Positions 40,120 through 50,856 of a DNA stretch of 64,000 bases are shown in pieces. Source of the DNA: Hormiphora californensis (lineage: Eukaryota; Animalia; Ctenophora); the NCBI GenBank assembly GCA_020137815.1, contig CM035352.1, positions 4,898,001 through 4,962,000 on the forward strand, read 5' to 3'. The translations under genes and the position numbers were made by a program. Every line of letters begins with the position of its first letter. Positions within the stretch are counted from its first letter, which is position 1. The notes below the pieces were generated by a model. It was given only the letters and a program-made list of their open reading frames with translations, made no database searches and was not told where the DNA came from.

Positions 40120-43100
40120 ATGGCTACGTTAGAGGGAGAACTACTCAAGGACGGTGGTTGGAGACGTGGTTGGCGGAAAAGATATTTCAAACTGTCCAAA
40201 ATTTACTTCCAGTACTTTGAGAATCATCACAGCACCGGACCAAAGGGTGCCCTGGTTCGGGGCACTATTAATAATGTTGAGTTAATCGATCTCAATACGT
40301 ATCAGTTTAAAGTAACTTTTAAAAACGAGGTCTGGGATCTCAAAGCTACATCCAGGGTTAGTACATTAACACTAATTAATTAATTAACTAATCATCGCCG
40401 GAACTTGTTTTGTGTGTCTTCATTCTTTCAACCATAAGATAAGAACAAAAACAAACTACACCCTTGACACCAACGTCTAAACATTGCCGCCTTCTTTTCA
40501 GCCAGAACTAATCAAATGGATGGAAGCTCTAAAGCCAAATAGTACACACATTATAAAACAGTCCACTCAATCAACTCGCCCTGTCACTGCACCCTCTGGA
40601 AATGTATCAGCGACTGCGTTTCAACCAGAACCCACTGAAAACCAGTACCAGACACTCCCTAGTACTGCCACACAGCAAAGGATATCACATCACTCAGGGG
40701 GGTCGGACGGTAGGACATCTCCTTCAACGTCCCTGGCGTCAAACAGAATGAGGTGGGTCATATTTGGATGAGAATTGGTTATTTGAATGTGGTTGTCAAG
40801 CTGCCTTTTATCGGTACAATTATTAGATGTGTGTACCGCAAAGTTTGTGGTGTCTTAATTACCCTTTCAAACATATATAATCGAGGTATACACTATCTAA
40901 CTAATCTACTAATCTAACTAATCTACTAATTTTTTGTTTCAGTACCCCAGCCGAGATTTCTTACACATCACACAACAACACGTGAGTAACCAATCAATTA
41001 TTGAGTCGTCTAACACTGTATCAAGTATGAACAATTCAATCAATTATACCATGTATGGAATGAACTACGACAGCTCTCCTCCGTTTATTGATCTTACCTT
41101 TTCTCTCAGATCGTCCTCAGTTCGAAGTCTCAACCCCGCAACATCAAACAACAGTGTGACCTCCTCCAAACCGGTAAGAGTACCCCTAGTTACCACCGCC
41201 TAATTACCACCCCTAGCTAACACCCCTAACTAACACCCCTAGTTACCACGTCTCTCAACTGGTGTGAAATGTGTGATCCAGGTGTGAGAGTGTGTGTGAG
41301 AGAGGGCATGGACGTGATATAATGTAAGTAACATGTTACTAAGCATTATAGCAGCTCTAACAATCCTAGAAGGTCGACCAGCGAAAGAGCTGTCCTCTCC
41401 CGGGTAGTTCCAGCGTCCGAATTCCTCCCAAGCCACCCATCACCCCAGTCGGCCGGCAGAGTCTTCCTGCTATTCTCAACCCCCCTGGACACCTGAACCT
41501 AAATCTGAATCTTTCTAATCGACGGAGCAGTTGCAATCTTGAAACATTTTGCGAGGTTTTTAGCTTGCCTGATGCTTGCAGATCTGTACTTTGTTATGGC
41601 TGTTCTGAAATTAATCTGCCAGTGATCTTCATTCGTTTTCAATGGCTGTTCTAAAATTAATCTGCCAGTGATCTTGATTCGTTTTCAATGGCCGACATGA
41701 GATTTCCTGTACAGTACTTGTATGATCACGACAACAACAACTATGAATGAAACAGCATGTGTATGGATTGATTTGTAACCTGATTTTACGCACGGTTTCT
41801 ATCCCCCCCCTAAATTATACCTACTTTTCCTCTATTTGACTTTTATCTACCTCTCGCTCTCCCCCCATCTATCTTTCTATCTGCAGGCAGACTATGAGGA
41901 TCCGATGGAAAAGTTCCATACCAGTGAGCCTGGATCGGAGCCCTCTCTCCCCCAAACTACAGTCCAACTAACACCTGTTGTTGTAAAGGAGGGGATTGAG
42001 GAGGGGATCGAGTTTGAGTTCAATGATGATGATGATGATGATGAATTCCTTGATTTCAGCGAGGGTAAGTCTTATAACGTGTTACGTGGTTTACAATGAT
42101 GGAAGTTTATCTATCATTTGATTTTGATTTGTGATTCAGTAACTACTTATTGTAATCGTGGGGGGGGGGGGGGTCCAGCCCTAAAAAAAGCTAAAGGTAC
42201 CCTGATTTTGGTCGATAGCGTTTTTTATTTTAGCTTTTTTTAGCTTTTTTTAGCTTTTTTTAGCTTTTTTTAGCCCTACTTTTTATGTTTTTTTCAGCAT
42301 TCATCTTGACACTTTTCCATTAAATTTTCATCCTTCCGGACGTCTATTGACTGCATTTGTTCATTTCCTGCACATTTTTTACCATAATCTATCGTTTATG
42401 TCCATACATAGCAATTTCTGTATCCACCCCTACTGCCATTTTCTGGAGACATTTTTTCGATAAAAATATTATTCAAATTTGATAAAAATAGTTTTAAAAA
42501 AGTTCAAAAAACGTTATAAAACGTTATAATAAAAGTTTAAAAAATTTGGCGTCAGCGGGATTCGAACCTATATGAATCCACTAAAACTCAATTTTAGCTT
42601 TTTTTAGCTTTTTTTAGCTTTTTTTAGCCTTAAAAAAGCTAAAAAAAGCTAAATAAAGCTAAAAAAAGCTAAAAAAGCTAAAAAAGGCTAAAAAAGCTAA
42701 AAAAAGCTAAAAAAAGCTAAAAAAAGCTAAAAAAAGCTAAAGGTACCCTGATTTTGGCCGTTAGCTTAGCTTTTTTTAGGGCTGGACCCCCCCCAATCGT
42801 TAATACACCCAAATACCCACTTTTGATCCGTGTTGTATGATCTGTTTCTTGATTAACCAGAGCTGTATGTGAATGATTGCCACACATTACGGGCAAGTCT
42901 GGGGTTGCGGCTGAACGGTGGTAATGGTGAGGTGGATGGAATGGCCCCAGAGCTAGGATCGGGGGTTGGAGGTATTAGGATCAATATTGATCCAGGGACC
43001 CCAGGTGAGACAGGGGACTTTACTGACAGAATATGGACCCCATGTGATCTGTGACTACTGCATGCAGACAACTGACAAAACATATGGATAGAATATGGAC

Positions 43101-46100
43101 TAACAACAACCAGTAAATGGAGACAACTGATTTGGACCGATACAACAACAGAACAAGAATGTTTGGAACACAATGTCATTTCCATTTCCACACAGGCAGC
43201 AACCACTACAGTATGGCCCGTGGCATGCAACCTCCTGCTGCAATACCTGGCCCTCCTACTGATACAATACCTGGCCCTAATGCTCATGAGTACGCCAATA
43301 CTTCTGAGGATGAGGAACGGCAAACCCCGGTCCGGTTAAAATCCATTAAAAGTAGGAGCTGGACTGATCGACTTGGAAGAGAGACAACTTTTGTAAAACA
43401 GAGACAACTCACATTAACAACTGACGATGTATAGTTAGTCATGACCTTACAATTTACATACGGATTACTAAGTTGCTGATGAATCCTAATATCTTCCAGG
43501 TGAAAAGGGACAGGTAACATACGAACTGAAAGAAACGGAGCGGTCCGGGTCACCGTCCACCATACCCTCACTCCCTGGTAGGTCTATCAAATTATCTTGA
43601 CTCACGTTTTGTTCAACACATGGTATGAAAAGTTATAGTATACATTTTACAAGTTAAGTTTTAAAGTTGTTCACGACGTATTTTCCGGTTTCCCAGTATC
43701 AGGAGAGAAGACGCTGAATGTGAAGACTCTATCTTCTCACGTCTTCACCACAATGAAGATAAACGAGTGGATAAAATCTGTTAAACCAGGTTAGTAACCA
43801 TGGTAACCATTAGGTATTTATAACCATGTTATGTTACCATTGGTAACCATTGGTTACACTTGTTGATAAGAAGGGAGTGGTCAGGAGTGTTTCGGAATTC
43901 GAGTAGCCTCGTTTTCGAGTACTACCTCGATGAAGTCATGTTTTTGTAATAACACGCAATAAATCACGTCTTTTTAGTACGGGCATATGACGTTTCCTTA
44001 TCGGCATAATCTTTCTCAAGCTAATTCCACTTCTAGGGTACTCTATAGGGTCCCTAGAAACACCCCCTGAGTTTGTTGCAAAATCGGCGATGGAGAACTT
44101 GACTTAATTGGGCCTAATTGGTTACAGGGTGATTTCAGCCTTAAGTCAAAATCATAAGTACCCTTAAAATAGGCGTAGCGTAAAAAATGAGGGCACCAAA
44201 GTGATCAGCGTCCTCGCATTAGTGGGGGTAGGTGCCGGAATTAAGTCTCTATCTCATCTGGTTAATTAGATAATTGGATAATTAGGTTTGCGCATATAAC
44301 CGTTCTTTGGCTATATGGCTATAGCCACTTAGGAAAGGAGTAGAGAAAAAACCGAGGGCACTAAAGTGATCAGCGCCCTCGCATTAGTGGGGGTAGGTGC
44401 TGGAATTATGTCTCTATCTTGCCTGGTTAATTAGATAATTGGATAATTAGGTTTGCGCATAACCGTTTTTTGGCTATATGGCTATAGCCACTTAGGAATG
44501 GTTTAGAGACTTTTCACTGGCGCCATTTTGTAGGCAATAGCCAAGTTATGGGGGGTCGACGTCGGACTTTTAAGCTCTATCTCCAACCGTTTAGCCGTTA
44601 TTGGGCTTAATCGATGCTCAAAATGAGCTAAAAACGGTAAAAAGCCCGATTTTGAGCAACTTTAAAGCCAAATAACGGCTAAACGGTTGAAGATAGAGCT
44701 TAAAAGTCCGACGTCGACCCCCCATAATTTGGCTATAACCTACAAAATGGCACCAATGAAAAGTCTCTAAACCATTCTTAAGTGGCTATAGCCATATAGC
44801 CAAAAAACGGTTATGCGCAGACCTAATTATCCAATTATCTAATTAACCAGATGAGATAGAGACTTAATTTTAGCACCTACCCCCACTAATTCGAGGACGC
44901 TGATCATTTTAGTGCCCTCGGTTTTTTCTCTACTCCTTTCCTAAGTGGCTATAGCCATATAGCCAAAGAACGGTTATATGCGCAAACCTAATTATCCAAT
45001 TATCTAATTAAGCAGATGAGATAGAGACTTAATTCCGGCACCTACCCCCACTAATGCGAGGACGCTGATCACTTTGGTGCCCTCATTTTTTACGCTACGC
45101 CTATTTTAAGGGTACTTATGATTTTGACTTAAGGCTGAAATCACCCTGTAACCAATTAGGCCCAATTAAGTCAAGTTCTCCATCGCCGATTTTGCAACAA
45201 ACTCAGGGGGTGTTTCTAGGGACCCTATAGAGTACCCTAGAAGTGGAATTAGCTTGAGAACGATTATGCCGAAAACTTGCCGGTTTCCGACGTCATATGC
45301 CCGTACTATTTGTGTGGAGTGAAAAAAGAGAGGAAAAGTGAAACTAAAAAGAGAGAGCGAGAGAGAGAGGGACAGGCCAGCGATAGATAGATCAAGAGAA
45401 ATCCTAGCTCCCAAGTCCCAGAGCTCCCCATATCCTGTTACAGTGTGTCTGTCTGTGTGTGAAGCTTGTTTGTATTGGAGTGTGTAGTAGAGACTTTTTC
45501 CACAAACACATTCTCTCTCTCCCTCTCTCCTCACCATCTCTCTCCATCTCACTACGCCTCCACTTGTTATGAAGGGGGCACAGGTGTTATGAAGAGCTGC
45601 AGAGGTGTGTGACAGGTATCAAAACCTGGTACATTCCGGAAATGCTGTTAATTAGGATGACATGATTCGATGTGCATAGGTTGTGTGTGAGACAGTACTG
45701 GTAAATTGTGTCTACCTGCAGCAGCACAGTGTACATTGTGTGTAAGTACACAAACACTGAACACAAACAATGGGGGGGGGGCACATATGCTACTGTTTAC
45801 TGTACATTCCAACACCTAACTCTCCGAATCCCCCACGATGATAAATAGGGGGGTGTCTGGGCTTGCCTGGCTAGAACATAGCAAGTCTGGGCATTGTCAC
45901 ACAGTAGCGAGGTAAATCGGCTTATTTCCCCAAAATGATGATGATATACATCCGTCCCCCCTCTCTCTCTCTTACAAATGAAAAAGATGATTAGAAGTTA
46001 GAAGATAAAATCCCATCCCCCAGTTGAGAAGGCGTTTGTGGACCCGATGGAGCAAGACCTGGGCACCCTTGATACCTACCTGGTTAACAACGCCCCCTGT

Positions 46101-48462
46101 CTACCTGGGGACGGTATTGTCCTGCTCAACAAAATAGGAAATGGTAAGAGAGTGGGAAATGATGACTGATGCTCGACAGAGTTATCTAGAACAAATTTAA
46201 AACGAGTAAAACTTCATGTTTTAAGTTTGACATTTGCAGGTGCCTTTGGTGAGGTATGGAAGGCACGGTGTACGCCCCCTATTGGTGGGGATCCTGAGGC
46301 AGCAATTAAAATACTAAAGGTAATTACAGACACAACTGCAAATTATTCGAATCATCCTGTGGTTACCTTATGAGATATGTTGCTATCATGGCCGGTAGTG
46401 TACTCCTGACAGTACTACAATGTATACAGGGCCCCTTAGCTGCAGCAGTGACAGGGCCCCTTAGCTGCAGCAGACGCTGTGTGGGGTCCCTAGTGTGCAC
46501 GGTTTTTATGTGTGTATTGAATTCCTTGCCTTTGTATGTACACCTAAAATAGTTCTTCCCAGTAAAATATATATTGTCACATCCTGGGTAACCATGGTAA
46601 CAGTTGTCTCAGTAGTCAGTGTACACATTCAGTGAAAATAAACACTTACCTCATTGTGTGTGTAGAATCAGTCATGAACACACGCGCCCTACTACTACTT
46701 CCTATATTAGTACAAACTGTACTTTCTAGCAAGATCACCCTACGTAATTATTTATCTCAACTTATCTACAGTCGGACCCCGATTTACCAGCCGCGATATC
46801 AGTCGGGCTCCGATATACAGTCGGACCCCGATTTACCGGGCAAACACTTCCCTCTAAGTAATGAGTGTCCCGGTATATCGAGGTCCGACTATTACATCTG
46901 TATCTCGTTTCAGGAGGGGTCTACAGATAAACACAGACATGACTTTTACGGCGAGGCAGTCCTGTTGGGACAATTCAAACATCCTAATGTTATAGCTCTA
47001 CACGGTGTCGTACTTAGAGGTTGGTACTGCAGCGACTTTATACTGCAGTCTTTAGTTTTTAATACAACCATGCCCGATAAATTTGTGTAGGTAGATAAAT
47101 TCGTTATATTATCTAACACCATTTTTCAACAGCTGAGGCACCCTGGATTGTTATTGAGTACGCAGAGAATGGTGCCCTAAAATCCTTCCTAAAGAAACAT
47201 GCATCAAACAGGCACAGTAACCAGTTGCTAAGCTATTGCAGGGATATAGTCAGGGGTATGAAGTATCTATCGGAACGAGGCTACATACACAGGGTAGGTT
47301 TTCCAAATGTTAAGGAGGGTCAGAACATAAGGGTAGGTAGAAGCTGAGTTGGTGCTTGGGTCACTTCTCTAGTTTTGTCTTAATTTTCGCTTTTTTATCA
47401 GGATTTAGCGGCCCGGAATGTACTTCTTACTAAATTTGAAGTGGCTAAGATTGCAGATTTTGGGCTTTCTCGAAAGCTTGGTGATGATGATGATATCTAC
47501 GTTTCCCGGGTAAGATTTGAGAGTCGTGGTCTATTTACTTGAGGGTGGCTAACTGGAGGTATTGGAACAATCGTAACCAACCTCTACAATTAATTGTTAC
47601 AACGGGTGCGGTCATGATTTGGACTTTTGAGAAGAAACGAGAACCGACACCGGGGTCATGATTTTAAATTTTCATTCATTTGGAAACAGCAAGTTTCTGT
47701 AAAGCGCGGTGGTGTAAAAGGTAGGGGAATGGGCGCGAGGGTCGCGCGCGCACCGTGGGGTGTGGGAATATTGGGACCGAATTCAAAACACAAGAGCCTC
47801 GCTGACGCTAGCTGACTAATTTATTTGCTCCTTGATTCCACTTACCAGGAGTGTGAAAACTGTTGATTCAGGATTCCAGTTTTTAATTTGTTGCCCTCAC
47901 ATTCTCCTCCCCCTATAGGGCGGTATGGTTGCTATTAAATGGACTGCTCCAGAAGGGATCATTTCTGCCAGTTATTCCAGTGCTAGTGATGTGTGGAGTT
48001 GCGGTGTTACCATGTGGGAGATATTCTCAGAGGGATGTAATCCATGGTCTGGATTCTCAAATGAGGAGGCCTTCCGAAGGATCAGAAAGGGGCATGTCCT
48101 GAACCAGCCTGAGGTATGAATCATATCATGATATATTTTGTTTGAACAAAACAATGTTTTGTATTTGTAATATTCTGTTTCTACATGTGTTATGATTTTG
48201 TTATTCATGCTAATACCAAACAGGAGCTAATCCCATTCTCACTTCCTTCTCCCCCCAGAAATGTCCACTGGACGTGTACAAAGCGATGGTAACCTGTTGG
48301 ACTCTAAACCCGCTAGATCGACCCACATTTGCTGACCTGGAGCGAAGCATCTTCGACCCTGACACGGACAATGTTGAGCAGCCTCTATATGAAAACTCGG
48401 ATGGTTTTGTGCAATATGTCAACATGCAGTATGAAAACATGCCTGATGTAGAACAAGCATGA
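40120..48462 (+). CDS. Protein tyrosine kinase with N-terminal PH domain and Eph-like kinase domain (kinase exons 46024-46143, 46240-46320, 46914-47018, 47132-47293, 47402-47509, 47918-48112, 48259-48462)
   Basis: PH: [21 protein letters not shown]...[10 protein letters not shown]. Kinase: [77 protein letters not shown]. Linkage of the middle exons is only partly resolved. Confidence 0.7.
42160..42794. mobile_element. Foldback MITE with G-run/C-run termini, 6-bp TSD and (TAGCTTTTTT)n subterminal arrays
   Basis: AATCGT|GGGG..GTCCAGCCCTAAAAAAAGCTAA ... TTAGCTTTTTTTAGGGCTGGACCCCCCCC|AATCGT. Confidence 0.85.
43975..45308. mobile_element. Academ-like, almost fully palindromic element of 1.33 kb
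   Basis: TAGTACGGGCATATGACGT...ACGTCATATGCCCGTACTA, TTT on both sides, about 650-bp arms with internal direct repeats. Confidence 0.8.
46769..46890. mobile_element. Rearranged Tc1-type MITE (CAGTCGGACCCCG family)
   Basis: Repeated CAGTCGGACCCCGATTTACC left ends and a GGTCCGACT right end. Confidence 0.6.
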
Positions 48463-48623
48463 TCCAGGGTACAATATAAGAGCTGTCTATAATCAATCCA
48501 TCAACTTGATGTTGCCAACATTGAATCAGCTGGGAATGTTAGGCGACTCAATTAACTTGTAGATGGATGAAAGAGAAACAAATATGAAAGATATGGTTTA
48601 GTTGGCGATTTTATCAGAGAAAC

Positions 48624-48778
48624 TAAAGTCGGATTTTTTGAAACTGTCACCCCCCTTTTCGTGCGCGGAATGTTTTTGCGCGTCACATCACATGTTAACG
48701 TGTGGTGTGCGCGTCAAAATTGATAAATTTCACATGCGCGGTCATTTTGGGGTGACAGTTTCAAAAAATCCGACTTTA
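48624..48778. repeat. Inverted-repeat element (AAAGTCGGATTTTTTGAAACTGTCACCC family)
   Basis: About 29-bp TIRs; relative at 24457. Confidence 0.65.
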
Positions 48779-49545
48779 TGAGTGTTTTTGTTTAATTTTT
48801 AGGTTAGTTGACACATTTTGTAAATTGTAAACTTCTTTTAATTTTAACGATGAAACGATTACTGTAATTAATTCTATTTCTTGATTTGGTAAATATGGAG
48901 CCGCTCTTGAATGGACAATGACATGTTCCCAGTCTGTCGGCTTACTCGAAGTCGACGAATGGACAGACTGGGTAGCATGGCAACTCTAATAGAATGATCT
49001 AGAAGTAAAACAACCATTTTCTAAGCTCTAATCGTCTGGAAGACGCATTAAATATTTCTGGAATTGGAGCGGTGCCCGCGGAGAATTGCGAGCATATGCG
49101 ATGATTTACCATTTAATTAGAAAAGCGCGGCTCAGTTAAAGCGCGTGATAGTAGCGCGCACAAAAATAATAAATATTCCAAGATCTTGCAAGATTTTCAA
49201 TTTGTCGATTTTTAAAGAAAAGACAAAAGTGTAAAAACTAAATAGGGATCCCTAAAAAAGTTCAGTATTTACACAGAGTTTACACAGTCTTTACTCAGTC
49301 GTTACACCCAGAGCGGCGCGTGCTGCGCACAGTGGCTTTTTCCAAGAAAATATTGGATTCAACACTACTTTAAACAAATTAATTTGAGTGTTCCACTTAT
49401 AATCGATTGATCCGTGTTAGAGGTTATTTTCCAATCTTCGATATCTTATAGTTACGTGAATCTCTGTGGGCTTATTAAGAACGTACTGTGAGTGTTTTGA
49501 GTTGGGATTTATCTCTGTCCAGGAGTGTGAGCCAGGTGTTTTAGG

Positions 49546-50856
49546 ATGAACAATTTTCATGGTATTACGAATAGAGAGGAATTTGATAGAGCTCTTGAGA
49601 GTATGGTATTTAATTCTAAGTGTAAGGGTAGCTCTGTTCTGAATCGTCTGCTTGAGGGGGATATTACTCCTCCTCCTAACAGTCCAAGTGGCCCAACCAG
49701 AGAGCAGGTATGGGGTCTTCTAGTGTCAGCATATGCATTGATACCCAGCAGCTCCAGAACCCGGTTTGAAAGCGGCACTAGCTCAACGATGGATGCAGGT
49801 TCCCTGGAGGTATTGAAGGAAAGTTTTGAAAGCCTGAAGACTGATCTTCTAGCGACCATTGAGAGGAGAGTTGATGATCAAGTATCGAAAATACTGGATA
49901 AGAAAGAGGATGGGAACAGTGGAATTGAGGATCAACCAGAACCGGTGTTACCGATGAAGCATTATGTGGATATTAAGCTTGAAGTGGATGAAGATGATTC
50001 TGCGGCTCCGGTATGTCCGAAGAAGCAGTGGGCTGAGTTTGTGAAGCCAAAGGTGGAATCTGCCCTCAAGGGGGTCCCTGTACTCAATACATTTGTTAAT
50101 AAGGGCTCTGTCCGACTTTCTTTCGAGACAGATGATCAACTCAAGGCAGCTGGTGCGGTTCTTTCACCGGCTTTGGGACAGGAGATCCAGACGGTTACAG
50201 AGAGGAAAGCGATGCTTGACCCAAGAATTGCGGTGAATGATTTGGATGCAGACTTACTTGATGAGGAGAAACTGATTTCGGAAATCCTGAGTGACAAGAA
50301 TCAGGATATAAAGAAGGCCCATGGACAGGGTGGAAATATCAAGGTTATCCATATCAACAGGAATGGTAGTTTTGCTGTAATCCAAGTCTCCCCAAGTATT
50401 CGGAGGATTATTTCATCTAATAAGGACAAGATTTTCCTGAAGCTGAGGCAACATTCAGTTAGGGATCGGTTTCATGTAGTGCAGTGTTTCCATTGTCAGG
50501 AGTTTGGTCACGTGGCTGGTTCTATGAGGTGTTCCAAGAAGGACAGTCCGGCAGTTTGTGCGTTCTGTGCTGGTGAGCATGAGACGAGACAGTGTCAAGA
50601 AAAGAGGAAGAATGATGTAGCCAAACTGAGGTGTATCAATTGTCATGGCAGTGGAAGCAGAGAGGATAGGAGGCATTCAAAGACGCATCTTGCATCGAGT
50701 ACCTTATGTCCTTTTTACATCAATGAACGAGGAAAGCTGATGGATAGGACTGCTGGCGTGAGTAAGGAGACAAAAAATGTCTACCGGACGAGGGCAATGG
50801 AAGAGCTGAGGATAAAACGACTTGGAGGATCGGGACGCTCAACGTCCATTCTATAA
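49546..50856 (+). CDS. LINE ORF1, gag-like with CCHC zinc knuckles
   Basis: CFHCQEFGHVAGSMRC, CAFCAGEHETRQC, CINC...H...C. Confidence 0.9.
   Translation: MNNFHGITNREEFDRALESMVFNSKCKGSSVLNRLLEGDITPPPNSPSGPTREQVWGLLVSAYALIPSSSRTRFESGTSSTMDAGSLEVLKESFESLKTDLLATIERRVDDQVSKILDKKEDGNSGIEDQPEPVLPMKHYVDIKLEVDEDDSAAPVCPKKQWAEFVKPKVESALKGVPVLNTFVNKGSVRLSFETDDQLKAAGAVLSPALGQEIQTVTERKAMLDPRIAVNDLDADLLDEEKLISEILSDKNQDIKKAHGQGGNIKVIHINRNGSFAVIQVSPSIRRIISSNKDKIFLKLRQHSVRDRFHVVQCFHCQEFGHVAGSMRCSKKDSPAVCAFCAGEHETRQCQEKRKNDVAKLRCINCHGSGSREDRRHSKTHLASSTLCPFYINERGKLMDRTAGVSKETKNVYRTRAMEELRIKRLGGSGRSTSIL

Noticed and set aside
42547-42568. tRNA gene
   Set aside because: Only a B-box/3' fragment; no A-box, D-arm or anticodon arm, and a poorly paired T-stem.
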